Positions 23,343 to 37,100 of a DNA stretch of 64,000 nucleotides are shown here, piece after piece. This stretch comes from Veleropilina oligotropha (taxonomy: Eukaryota), in NCBI GenBank assembly GCA_048128005.1, contig JBEUKZ010000085.1:1-64000 (forward strand). The letters are read 5' to 3'. Every line of letters begins with the position of its first letter. Position 1 is the first letter of the stretch. The position numbers were made by a program, and so were the translations under genes. The notes below the pieces were generated by a model that worked only from the letters and a program-made list of their open reading frames with translations, ran no database searches and was not told where the DNA came from.

Positions 23343-25221
23343 TTTAAACAATATTTTATTGCTGATGCAATTAGATTGGCGAACAGGCAATACTGCCTAT
23401 ATCAACGCCTCTCTAAACATATATACATAAAAGCAATATTAAGGCGGTAATAATAGGATTTAGTGTTACATTTGATTTTAATGTTAGAGTTCTTATTTTT
23501 TCTATTCCAATATCATATTATATTAGGAGACTTGACATACATGTGATACCTCCCGGAATCGGCACCCCCGAAATGGCCTACTCCCGGAATTACATAAATC
23601 TCCCGTAAAGGCATTAATCTCCCGAAATCACTATGTCCTACCGATATAACTTGATTTTTAATGAAAATCCATTTCCGTAGAGTTATTTCTTAATATTGTT
23701 TAGCGTCGGTAAACAACTCATTTAAAAAGTTGCCTTCCATTGTTAAAACTATTCAATGTGTACTTGCCATCTATTGACTGTTAGCGGAATTGTTTATTTT
23801 AATCCAAACTGCTTGTTATTACTTCACGGTTGAATGCTGATTATGAAAGGGAGTAATTAACGCACTGGCCAATATTAAGAATACTTTAGCTACAATAAAA
23901 CCAATTAAGTACATATTTGAATTATAAATGGCCGTTTTATGTCAAGAAACGCGGGAATAAATGTTAAAACACGTTTTAAAATACAAGTTCAGTTATTCCA
24001 ATCCTGGTTCACCAGTTTCTAGGCGAACAATATTTTTAACATGTGCTGACCTCCGAGTTTTCCTGAATTTACTGGTTTCCCGAAGTGTAAAGGAAGATAA
24101 TCGCACTATCAACATCAGTTATATGCGAAATGATGTGCAAAACTAGATATTTGAATAAATATACGCGACAATCCGGCTATGCCAATAATCAAATAATAGG
24201 GATTTTTATATATATATATATATTGTGAGATTTTTTTAAACTTGCTTATAAAGTTATATATTATTGTTTATATGACATAAGAATATTACGATTCCTTTTT
24301 GTTGTAAATAAATAAGTATTTAGATTCCATAAATGTTTTTTATATACAAACAATTACAAATATATGATGAAATCGATTATTAAAAACTTGATAAAAAAAC
24401 CTCCTGGAGTCCTGACCCCAGTCTCCTGGAATGCTGTTTCGAGATGATCACATGTATGACCTGAGATGCGATTAAAATATTTTTTATAGACTTTAAGCAC
24501 ACTCAGTGTATTTGTATAACATTGTATGTAAGGGACTCTTTTTATATATAGAAATTATATAGAGTATGTTCATTACGTTCTTGCCTTTAAGATAACCCTT
24601 ACCTTAACTTGTCAGAAGGCAGGTCAAAAAGAATTCATTATTATTAAATGAAGCAATAAGGAAACATCTTTGTAATAGCCAAGTTTTGATGTTTTGATGT
24701 TATGGTGTAAGGCGCAACAATACTGAATTTGTATTTGAACATTTTTGCTTATTGATTTGTTGTTCAAATGAAATTGTTTTATTTTATACTTCTGACAGCA
24801 TGTGCATGGATGATTTTAACATTTCTGGGTAGACAAAAGACATTAAGCGAACTTCAATTCACAGAAGGTTTAAAACCACTTGTTCTTGTTTAATAATTAA
24901 AGCAATAAAGATTGTTGATGTTCATATTCAGACTTTCGTTTTAATATTGTAGATGAATGCACCATACATTACTGCCTTTGCTTTTCATTCGATTGATTCA
25001 GACACCCTTGAAGCTCAGCTTTCTTCGTGTTCTGGACTCGAGAAGATAATGTCAATTAGATCGTTCTTGATATAACAGGAAGTTGAATGATGGATACAGA
25101 AATTAGATGATTCAATGTGTATATTTGCATGTCAACTGGCAGTTCTGTAGACAATCAACTAATTATGTAAAATATTTTAAGAAGATTGATCAACCAATAT
25201 AATGAAATACAAAATATATGA

Positions 25222-25346
25222 TGTTACCTGATCGTGAGCATCAACAGTGTAAGTGGACACAATGTTACCTGATCGTGAGCATCAACAGTGTAAGTGGACA
25301 CAATGTTACCTGATCGTGAGCATCAACAGTGTAAGTGGACACAATG
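25222..25346. repeat. 41-bp tandem triplication
   Basis: TGTTACCTGATCGTGAGCATCAACAGTGTAAGTGGACACAA x3. Confidence 0.9.
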
Positions 25347-26089
25347 TGATAAATTTATGTTAAAACCGTTATATCACGTTATATCTATAAATTAACATGT
25401 TTTTGGTAACATTTTTTAAGTGAAATCTTTTTACTCTATGTGAAATGGATCACTGAGATATACTAGTTAAGCCCTACTTGTATAAAATGTAATGTATTTT
25501 GTTGATAGTGTACATAACTGCCAGGTGTCGACATGCAAACGACCATGATAGTGCATTATTGATTAATAGTATTTCACCTGTCTACTGTGAAAGGTGATTG
25601 TTAGATGACGAATGGACTAATTTCAATCATTCACCAGGTGTATTAGTCCTGACCGGTTTCGATCTCAATGAAGGTCTTCATCAGATTCAACAAAGATGAA
25701 CCTACAGGTATTCATTATAATCTACCGCAACTTTATTTCAAAGGCATGTCTTTTGACATCATCGAAATCCTATATGATGATCCCATCCTTACACAACAAG
25801 GATAGGAGAGAGCAACACGCTGAATCCAGTCGGTCTAAACTGCCTCGATCTAACCGGAGACTAGTATCTTTTATCAGGATTTTAAAGTAATTAAAATTGC
25901 CGTTTCTGATACATAGCAACTAGAATACTCTTGATCAAGCTAAATATATATTGACAAAAATGCTGATATAGAAACGACGCATTAGTCAATACTAATAGAA
26001 GAATATTGCATGGTTAAAGAAATTTTATTGAACAGAAATATCTTATTAAGTGAATACGTCTGCACCTGGAACATGTTAACTGCGTAATA

Positions 26090-26400
26090 TATCCATGGAC
26101 ACGTATTCGACACCACAATGTGTAGACGTGTAAACCCCATAATGTATGATCTTAGAAACACCATAGTGTATGGACATATTTTGGACCCCACAATGCTTGG
26201 ATGTCGATTTGACCCCACAATGTGTGGACATGTAAACCCCATAATGTATGATCTTAGAAACACCATAGTGTATGGACATATTTTGGACCCCACAATGTTT
26301 GGACATTAGACCCCACAATGCTTGGACATGTAAACCCCATAATGTATGAACTTAGAAACGCCATAGTGTATGGACATATTTTGACCCCACAATGTTTGGA
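26090..26400. repeat. Complex tandem array of ACCCCA(C/T)AATG motifs (right subterminal array of the large element)
   Basis: About 105-bp higher-order unit x3, built from ~20-25 bp subunits such as GACCCCACAATG and AAACCCCATAATG; more copies at 26979-27126. Confidence 0.85.
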
Positions 26401-27144
26401 TAATACTTTTGTTGAGACCCCCGGTGGCCGAATGGATAGCTTGCTAGAGAAACAAAAGCATTTATGGTCACTTTAAATCTGTGATTAGCATTAATATTAA
26501 TTCAATATATTAGTATATTTGAAATATTATTATTGATGAAAGTTATAGAAATTTATTATAATGAAGCACACTACTTGATGGCTTTTTTCAATATAGGTTT
26601 AATGGATTTGCGAACAGATCGACTCTCACTGATGATAACAGCATCATATATTTAATTACTATCTGTTCTTGGTTGCAACATGATGCAGAATATCTATGCA
26701 TTCATACAGGGGGTGGCTGGTTGGCAGTTACGAATCGTGTAAAAAAATAATTAGTGACAACGTGTGGCTTCTCAACGAAGCCATTTGTTACGTCAATGAC
26801 CTGAGAATATGCATATCCTGGGCGGTGATTTATCTCCAAGTCGGCTCGATCCCTTTCGGACAGTCGAGCAAACTTTACAATGCATATATACAGTATCTGA
26901 CAGGAATATTCAGTAAAGACAAATTTCACCTACGCCATGCTTATTAATTTATGAATCCTTTAATTACTTTGTATACAAACCCCATAATGTTAGGACATGT
27001 TTTGGAAACCACACAAGGTATAACCTCGCAGCGTATGGATGAAAACCCCGTAATGTGCCTCTCGTAAGAAATCTCAATGTGCACCCCACAATTGGTCTTT
27101 GTACAAATGGATGTAACCCCAGAATGAAAATATGCGCAAGGTAT

Positions 27145-28205
27145 CTCTCGTCTGTACCTCCGTCCGTCCGTCCGTCCGTCCGTCCGTCCTTCCGTCCGTC
27201 CGTCCGTGTTTCCGTCCCGGATTTTTCTGTCATCTTTTTTTGTCATTTAGAGAAATGGTAGCTTTCCGAAACTTTACAGGTCAATTAACCACATCATTGA
27301 GTAGATCAAGTTCGAATATTGGAAATTTATTATGAAAACTTATGATTTTTGGCAACTTTTTGACTATTTTGAACATAGTCTCTGGAAGCATGGATGTGGT
27401 CAATTTTCCGTCAACAATTTTTTACATTTAGAGAAATGCTAGCTTTCCGAAACTTTACAGGTCAACTAACCACATCATTGGGTAGATCAAGTTCGAATAT
27501 TTGGAATTTATTTTAAAATGTTATGTTTTTATTGCCCCTTTTCGGCAATTTTGAACATAGTCTCTGCAAGCATGGGTGTGGTCAATTTTATCACAACAAT
27601 TTTTACATTTAGAGAAATGCTAGCTTTGCAAAACTTTACGGATCAACAAATCACATCATGGGGTAGATCAAGTTCGATTATTGAGAATTTATTTTAAAAA
27701 TTGAATATAATTTTTGACAACTTTGGACTTAAATTTGTACCCAAAACTCACTAAATTATTTTTCCTTTACAGACTTGTTTCATTTTCAGAGATGCTAGCT
27801 TTCTGAAGCTTTACAGATCAATTAACCCCATCATGGGGTAGATCAGGTTCAAATATTGGGGATTTTTTGAAACCTTGATTTATTGCTGACTTTTGCCGAT
27901 TTAAAACATAGTCTTTGGATGTATGAAATTTATCAATTTTCTCTAAACTAAATTTTCCTTTTAGAGAAATATTAGCTTTCTGAAACTTCACAGATCAACT
28001 AACCACATAATGGGATGGATAAAGTTTAGAATAATGAAAATTATTTAATTTATATTTACACTTAGTCTATCTATCTCTTTAGCCTCTGATGGCAGGAAAT
28101 CTTTCTTAATTCTCATTGAGTTACTGATACACAGCGTGCAAAAATATATATGCGGTCAATAATACGGGCGGGGGACAATCGCCACTTAGTGGCAATCACT
28201 TGTTT
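27145..28205 (+). mobile_element. 3' part of the interrupted HINE (rest of microsatellite, ~180-bp central repeats, 3' subTIR and hairpin)
   Basis: (GTCC)n at 27160-27207; TTTAGAGAAATG..AGCTTT units at ~27247, 27427, 27608, 27786, 27960; GGCGGGGGACAAT (28167-28179) is the exact reverse complement of 6251-6263; hairpin GCCACTTAGTGGC then CTTGTTTTT. Confidence 0.85.
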
Positions 28206-29008
28206 TTACTTTTATCATTTGAAAAGATAAATGAAATTTGTGAGTAGCTTGTGCTCATCTTTCTTAACAATTATGGTGATTTACATGGTAAATAAATCAG
28301 CTAAAATAAATGTATATTCAATTGTGCAAGTTGCTAACACAATGATTTATGTAAAATATGTGCTAAAGGAATTCATCACAACACAGAGCGGTATCCTTTT
28401 GACATGACAGCGTAGTGACGTTCAGTGTTGTTAAAGGCTTCCTTTTGGCATATAGCAAGCCCTGTGATAACATGGCTATAGATATAAAATGTCAGCATAG
28501 TACCATTAATTAGATCTCGTCTTTGTTTGACTTAATGGAGCCATAACCTTGAACCACATTTTGACATTGAAACATTAAGGATAACAATGTTAAGGTAAAC
28601 AGATTACCGTATGTTATATATAACGATATCTGATAACATGCCATTGTCTCTATGCTTGCAGTACATTTTGGTATTATTGAGAACCTACATGCATGTGTTC
28701 AACTTATATAAATTTGACAGAGTTAAAATTATAAAACTTAATGCAAATATTGTTAAATCTACATGCTTTTGCTTTGAGTTTTATGATGTTCATTATTTAC
28801 TTGTAACAATCTTGGTCATAGTGAGACATATCCATTTTATAGTGAGAGAAAATCCCCGATTATCTGGTCAAATCCATCTGGACAGAATGGACATCTGTGA
28901 CTGTTAACTCGACTCTGAGCCAAGGATGCGGACCTTCATCTGTGAGGCAGTGTGGTCTGCCAAGTGAAGTGGGAACTACACTCGTATCCACCCGACAACC
29001 AGGTGGAA

Positions 29009-29630
29009 AACTAGAAATGTGTCCATTGGACACGAATGCCCCCACTGGCAGCTTTGACCATAGGGGCAGCAAAGATCGCTTTGTGGAGTTATTTACAGAC
29101 AATTACTGGCATGGGTGTGTCGCATAAGCAAAGTACGAATGATGATTAGCAAGTGTATGAAGTATCAAGTCAATCCATGAAGGCAGATGGAAATTTTAGC
29201 AAATTGGAGTTACTTGCATGAAAATACTGGTCCGAAAAACTAAATAATTTCACCTTGAGCATAGGGGCAACATGGGTGGGTCGCAGAAGCGATGTATGAA
29301 TGATGATAAGCAAGTGTATGAAGTATCAAGTCAATCCATGAAGGCAGATGGAAGTTATAGCAGAATGGAGTTACTCGCACGCAAATACTGGTCCGAAGAG
29401 TCATTTGACCTTCACCTTGGGCATAGGGAGCAACATGGGTGGGTCGCAGAAGGGAAGTATGAATGATGATAAACAAGTGTATGAAGTACATATCAAGTCA
29501 ATCCATGAAGGCAGATGGAAGTGATAAATAGCAGAATGGAGTTACTTGCACGCAAATACTGGTTTTCGGGACAGACGGACAAGGGTAAATATAAATGCCC
29601 CCCAATAAATTGGTGGGGGGGGCATAAAAA
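29009..29630 (-). mobile_element. HINE-like element with central tandem repeats
   Basis: Minus strand 5' TTTTATGCCCCCC...GGGGGCATT + GTCCGTCTGTCC; 3' GGGGGCATTC + GTGTCCAATGGACAC + ATTTCTAGTT; three repeats of AAGTCAATCCATGAAGGCAGATGG. Confidence 0.75.
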
Positions 29631-31145
29631 CACTACCTGCATGAATGTGTGTGTGTGCATGTATATCATTATTTTCATGTACCGAAATTCCTGACGTTTC
29701 ATTGGTCAAGATGGTCACTCTGCCAGTCATGTGGTTTCAGTTGCAGACTCTGAAGTCAATAGCTTGATTCCACTGACACGAACAATAGTGTGTTCGAATC
29801 TCGGTTGGGCATCACATTATTTGTTCATAAATCACAGAACTTTGTCTGTAACTTGTATTAGGTCGGAGATGGTTGGTTTCCCCGGTTACCTGGCTTTCCC
29901 TGGTCATCTGGTTTTCCTTCCTTGGCAATATGGATAATATGTCCTTTGAACCTGATGGTTTTAAATATACAGGACATAATTAAATCATCGATCAATCCAA
30001 TTTAAATGATGTTACGTGGCGTTTGACAAATACTCATATCACATCCGCCATTTTCGTACCAACCTACACGTCGTCTTGTAGACGCCATTTCTCTTTTGGG
30101 GGGAATCGTATTTTCGAATGCGCCTTTTCAAATATCCAGGTTATTTTGCACTAAGATTAATCCTTAAGTCGAAATTTACATTGCGTAGTGATTATAACGT
30201 TCAACATTGACGACATATTAAGTAAGATTTTATTAAAACAAAATGTAAATAAAATGTAACTCTGCAGTATCTCGTTTATATGTTCGTCTATCCTGTTCGC
30301 TATGATAATAACACACTCGACTTCATCTCGTGTGATATTTTCGAAGCTCACAGGATAAACGTACGTATCAAACTCGCCGCCACAGGATAACTTAAGTCTT
30401 TAATTATTAGGAATTTACATAGCCATCCTAATGTCCATACCAACTTCTTGCCATAATTTGTGAATAAATTTTATCATTTGAAATAAACACTTTAATTTTA
30501 GAATCAGAATATAAATATTTATTTTTTAGGAAATTGCCATATGTTTGATTCAGACAAAAAAGCCCCTTATCTGAGCTACTTTTGATGGATCCGAGCATAG
30601 TGGTATAGTTATTATTCACTACCGTCTTGATTAATTAGATGAAATAATGTAATTTGAGAGTGCTGAAATTGTGGACGAATTTGCAAAACATGGTTTCCCA
30701 TAGGCTGATTACGATAATTTATCATTAAATATACTGCATCAATCCCATGAAATGAATCTGAAGCAGAGGAGTCCATGCGCATACCTGTAAGTAATAGATA
30801 ATACACTTCCAGCCCGAGCTTTATAATTCACATAACAGAGCGAGGCTGTTATGTTATAACGCCGAGGAGTGGCAGCTGTATTATCTGTTATCCACACATC
30901 GGAAATCTATTGTAAATTGCAAGCTGTAACCCATTAAAACATTCATATCATGCTCTAGAGGGCAATTGAGAGTCGACTCTTCTATTGGCAGGTTGTCAAA
31001 TCTATTGTCTCTCAATTTAGTCAGACCAGCGAGCTGAGTTAACCATTTTCTGGAATCAATGGGTCAATTAACACTAGGAGGCCTATTGTTCACATAACCG
31101 AGCCCATGTGTATGTCTATGAATGATGAAGTTTTCTTGTCTTTAG

Positions 31146-34100
31146 GCCAGTGTTCAGCAGGGGCGACCACACCCTCGTGGTGCCAATGGCACTGTTCAAA
31201 CTGAACAGGGAACGGTTATGTCAGAAACTGAAGGAGAACCCTGACTTTCCTAAAGGAGCAGTCATCATTTTGCAGGGAGGAGAATCTGAAACAAGGGCAT
31301 GCAGCGATGCTCAGAAGGTCTTCAGGCAGGTACGATGCATAAAACCAATGAGTGCCTTAATTCAGTTGATAAAACATTTACTGTGATACACAATATTCAT
31401 ATTCTTTTTCGACGAGATTGTCGTCTACGTTGTACACACAATGAACTTATCTTTTTAAATTCTTGAATTGTTCTGATAGCTTCTCATTTTCATTTAAGAA
31501 ATCCATGATGTTTAATTGATCTGCACAATATAGTGTTTGGTAAATCTTGACTATGTCACATCGACGTGAGTGATTTTATCAAAGCTCACAGGGCAAATGT
31601 AATGATGAACTTTGTTATTCTTGAATTTGTCTAATCGTCATTTGGTTTCCAGTTCTTAGCATTGTCCTTGTAGGAGTCTTACTTCCAATGGGCATTTGGT
31701 GTCGAGGAACCTAATTTTTACGGAGCCATTGATGTGGACAGCGGCAAGTCCATACTGTTCCCTCCAAAGCTTCCGGAGTCCTATGCGGTATGGATGGGCA
31801 GGTGAGAGATGATATATGGACAGGCGTATGGATGACCTGGTAGGGTATGCTGTATGGATGGGCAGGAAGGCATGGTCTAGGGACAGGCGTGTGGATGACC
31901 TGGTAGGGTATGCTGTATGGATGGGCAGGAAGGCATGGTCTAGGGACAGGCGTGTGGATGACCTGGTAGGGTATGCTGTATGGATGGGCAGGAAGGCATG
32001 GTCTAGGGACAGGCGTGTGGATGACCTGGTAGGGTATTGCTGTATGGATGGGCAGGAAGGCATGGTCTAGGGACAGGCGTGTGGATGACCTGGTAGGGTA
32101 TGCTGTATGGATGGGCAGGAAGGCATGGTCTAGGGACAGGCGTGTGGATGACCTGGTAGGGTATTGCTGTATGGATGGGCAGGAAGGCATGGTCTAGGGA
32201 CAGGCGTGTGGATGACCTGGTAGGGTATGCTGTATGGATAGGCAGGAAGGCATGGTCTAGGGACAGGCGTATGGATGACCTGGTAGGGTATGCTGTATGG
32301 ATGGGCAGGAAGGCATGGTCTAGGGACAGGCGTGTGGATGACCTGGTAGGGTATTGCTGTATGGATAGGCAGGAAGGCATGGTCTAGGGACAGGCGTGTG
32401 GATGACCTGGTAGGGTATGCTGTATGGATAGGCAGGAAGGCATGGTCTAGGGACAGGCGTGTGGATGACCTGGTAGGGTATTGCTGTATGGATAGGCAGG
32501 AAGGCATGGTCTAGGGACAGGCGTGTGGGTGACCTGGTAGGGTATTGCTGTATGGATAGGCAGGAAGGCATGGTCTAGGGACAGGCGTGTGGATGACCTG
32601 GTAGGGTATTACTGTATGGATAGGCAGGAAGGCATGGTCTAGGGACAGGCGTGTGGATGACCTGGTAGGGTATGCTCTGCTTTATGGCTGGGCAGGAAGG
32701 CATGGTCTAGGGACAGGCGTGTGGATGACCTGGTAGGGTATTGCTGTATGGATAGGCAGGAAGGCATGGTCTAGGGACAGGCGTGTGGATGACCTGGTAG
32801 GGTATTGCTGTATGGATAGGCAGGAAGGCATGGTCTAGGGACAGGCGTGTGGATGACCTGGTAGGCTATTGCTGTATGGATAGGCAGGAAGGCATGGTCT
32901 AGGGACAGGCGTGTGGATGACCTGGTAGGGTATTGCTGTATGGATAGGCAGGAAGGCATGGTCTAGGGACAGGCGTGTGGATGACCTGGTAGGGTATGCT
33001 GTATGGATAGGCAGGAAGGCATGGTCTAGGGACAGGCATGTGGATGACCTGGTAGGGTATGCTGTATGGATAGGCAGGAAGGCATGGTCTAGGGACAGGC
33101 GTGTGGATGACCTGGTAGGGTATCGCTGTATGGATAGGCAGGAAGGCATGGTCTAGGGACAGGCGTGTGGATGACCTGGTAGGGTATGCTGTATGGATAG
33201 GCAGGAAGGCATGGTCTAGGGACAGGCGTGTGGATGACCTGGTAGGGTATGCTGTATGGATAGGCAGGAAGGCATGGTCTAGGGACAGGCGTGTGGATGA
33301 CCTGGTAGGGTATGCTGTATGGATAGGCAGGAAGGCATGGTCTAGGGACAGGCGTGTGGATGACCTGGTAGGGTATGCTGTATGGATAGGCAGGTGAGGC
33401 ATGGTGTAGGTGTATGGATGACCTGGTAGGGTATGCTTAGCTTTATGGCTGGGCAGGAAGGCGTGGTCTATGGACAGGTGAGGCGTGGTCTATGGACAGG
33501 TGAGGCATGGTCTATGGACAGGTGAGGCATGGTCTATGGACAGGTGAGGCGTGGTCTATGGACAGGTGAGGCGTGGTCTATGGACAGGTGAGGCATGGTC
33601 TATGGACAGGTGAGGCATGGTCTATGGACAGGTGAGGCATGGTCTATGGACAGGTGAGGCATGGTCTATGGACAGGTGAGGCGTGGTCTATGGACAGGTG
33701 AGGCATGGTCTATGGACAGGTGAGGCATGGTCTATGGACAGGTGAGGCGTGGTCTATGGACAGGTGAGGCGTGGTCTATGGACAGGTGAGGCATGGTCTA
33801 TGGACAGGTGAGGCATGGTCTATGGACAGGTGAGGCATGGTCTATGGACAGGTGAGGCGTGGTCTATGGACGGGTGAGGCGTGGTCTATGGACGGGTGAG
33901 GCGTGGTCTATGGACAGGTGAGGCGTGGTCTATGGACAGGTGAGGCGTGGTCTATGGACAGGTGAGGCATGGTCTATGGACAGGTGAGGCATGGTCTATG
34001 GACAGGTGAGGCATGGTCTATGGACAGGTGAGGCATGGTCGATGGACAGGTGAGGCATGGTCTATGGACAGGTGAGGCATGGTCTATGGACAGGTGAGGC

Positions 34101-37100
34101 ATGGTCTATGGACAGGTGAGGCATGGTCTATGGACAGGTGAGGCGTGGTCTCGGTGTATGGATGAACTGGTAGGGTATGCTGTATGGATAGGCAGCTGAG
34201 GCATGGTGTAGGGACAGATAGGTGTATGAATGGGTGGGTGTGCTAACTGAGGTAAGATACTTGAATATAAAGCGATATTGAACTCGACAAAGTTCATTAA
34301 GGATATAATGTATATTGTTTTACAGACTGTTGGATACTGATGAATTTCGGGACTGTTATGGATGTGATGAAGCACATTTTGCCTGCGATGTAAGTATAAA
34401 TATACAAACACATTTAGTCCCATTCATGAATTTTCTAGATAGTTTATAGTTCTAGTCGTGTTACATGGATTGCCGTTGCACTAGAAGATTATCTCGTACA
34501 TCTGTCAGATTCAGTACACGTTTATAAGACACTGTAATACAGTGTATGTTCTCTGAGAAATCGCATTTGCTCCAGTTTGGCACGATCAGTAATAATTGTA
34601 TCTATGTACAATAGTCAGAGATATTATGGATACTATATCTGTCCACAGATCATTCTTGTGTATTTATTCACACTATGTACAGCTGTCAACGGTTATAATC
34701 CATTTTGCTTCAAATTTGATATACACATTAATAATTATGATAAGATCCTGGCCTCTAACACCTTTGGTCATTTTTGCATTCAAGGTGGCATGGGATACAC
34801 CTCAAGTTTGCTATTTACATATTTAAAGGAATTAGGAATTTAAAGAAAGGTTTTGCTACGCGCATGCTATAAGTGCATCTGGTTTTCAATTATCTTTCAG
34901 ATTGCCAAGTACATTAAGACTTTAAACCCATCTACACTCCTTACATTAGTGAGTATACAGTACTTAAAATTCTCAATGATATCACTTTAATAGTTACTTA
35001 ACCATATTTTATACCATGAAAATCTCTTGTAATCTGTTGTGTGAATGCATGGGTTAGACAGCATTACTCATTTGTGGTGGGTACAAATTTGTGAATATTA
35101 CGAAAATAGATGATTTCGTCCAATGACATATAGTATTTCTTCAAATGTATTTAAACTGACATTTTGAGAAAATGATATAAAGGATTTATTTTCTTGGTAA
35201 TGACTTTACAGTCTTGTACCATTTCCAAAATTTCATATTGGATATAATGCTTGACTTTTGTTGATCGTCTTAGCATGGACTGAACACGGACAGTGGAAAA
35301 TACAGCAAAGAGGCTGCGTTTGACGGAATTAGCGAGTGAGTAAATAACTGCAATGCATTCTGTATCAAGTCCAGAGGTTAAATGCTTGATATGAATTACC
35401 AATATTATCCTTGTCTTGTGTTATACTCTATAGTTATACTGTATAGTTATACTGTATAGTTATACTGTATAGTTATACTGTATAGTTATACTGTATAGTT
35501 ATACTGTATAGTTAAACTGTATAGTTATACTGTATAGTTATACTGTATAGTTATACTGTATAGTTATACTGTATAGTTATACTGTATAGTTATACTGTAT
35601 AGTTATACTGTATAGTTATACTGTATAGTTATACTGTATAGTTATACTGTATAGTTATACTGTATAGTTATACTGTATAGTTATACTGTATAGTTATACT
35701 GTAGAGTTATACTGTAGAGTTATACTGTAGAGTTATACTGTATAGTTATACTTTATAATTATACTGTAATAGTTAAATATTTTTTATTCCATATCTTCAT
35801 TTCCGTGCTTTTGCTTTTTCATTGCAGATTCAAAGTAAACAACGAACTTCTGCATCCAGCTATTAGCGAATGGTGAGTTATATGCCCAAAATATTAACGT
35901 ATTGTTAAAGGTTATTTGTTAATGTCTCAATGGTAGATCACTTAGGAAGTGATTTAGGAACAGTTGGGAATTAATGCATTCACAATAGACAATGAATCCT
36001 TGAAAACATTTCTGTGATCATTTCCGTTCCAGTCGTGTGTTCAAGACGGACATGGAGCTTGAGGTGCTGAGGTACTCCAACAAGATCAGCAGTGATGCGC
36101 ACAAAGAGGTAATCGGTGGAAAACTGTAATGTGTATCATCAACATGCTCATGAGTTATTGAAATTAATTCATTTCTTCATGTCTATGGATAATTTACGCA
36201 CATGACAAAATAAAAGTACATTTAAATTTAATATGTTTATTACTCTAGCTAAACAGTAATACAAATAAAAAGAAATTGAAGTAATCGTGGTTTAAATGCA
36301 TTTGATCAATGGGTTGTTTTCATCAAAATATATGATGTTAATTTTAAAATGATTAAAGCACTAGCTACCGGTAGCTGTCGTATATTGGAATTGAATACCA
36401 TTCATTATACTTAAAACATTATAATTACATTGCAGATCATGAAGAGTATTCGTCCAGGCTTATACGAGTATCATATGGAGAGGTGAGAGTTCATTAACTA
36501 AATATGTCAGGGTGGTTACGTTAAAAAGGATATTTTTATTAAAAATTCACAACACAGTTGCATAAGGTGGGCATGGTTGATTGAGAACAGAGTTTGAACA
36601 AGAATGGACAGCCTATGAATACTGGATGTAAGACTACAATGAAATGTGATAATCCTAGGCTATTAGCTAGCTGTCATGTAACTTGTATATATGTGTCCTC
36701 ACATCTAGTTTCCTTTGGTTGAGTTATAGATTTGATTTGATAATTCTATAATCCAAATCTTGTTATATAACCTGATGTATCTTATAAATTCTTAGCATGA
36801 CAATGTTCGCCCTATGAGCAATACAAGAGGGTAAGGGTGCCAAGGAGGTTTTGCTTTGGCGACGTTTGTCACCGGAATACTCAACAATTTATGGACGGAG
36901 TTTGATGAAATTTTGTTAATTGGTTGGCCTAGGCTTTGACCATGAACCAATCGATTTGATGTGGTTGTGATCCGGAGTTGATGCCTTTTCCACCATGGCA
37001 GATGTCCAGGCTATTTTCCATAGGTGTTATATAAGACAATAAACCATTCATTTAGCTTTAAAACTTTATCTGGCTAACTTATTGTATTCTAATATTCCAT

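Larger units (their letters stand above)
6342..27143 (+). mobile_element. Putative ~20.8 kb Crypton-like tyrosine-recombinase DNA element
   Basis: Interrupts the GTCC tract of the HINE. Ends TACC...GGTA with CTCT next to both ends. Inverted subterminal motif CATTGTGGGGTTA (6353-6365) vs TAACCCCAGAATG (27114-27126). Contains a spliced YR gene. Confidence 0.7.

Noticed and set aside
26702..26940. Minus-strand 75-aa ORF near the right end of the large element, preceded in frame by ATG GCG TAG
   Set aside because: No recognisable motif. It could be a decayed second gene, but this cannot be supported without a search.
30040..30800. Candidates for PEPD exon 1 or a divergent minus-strand first exon (ATG 30118, ATG 30775, minus-strand AAAATGGCG motifs)
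   Set aside because: None gives the required phase-2 donor with convincing homology; left unresolved.
31656..33402. Multiple ORFs in the 63/64-bp array; superficially CRISPR-like periodicity
   Set aside because: Head-to-tail units with no unique spacers, frameshifting unit lengths, no cas genes, and a eukaryotic intron context.
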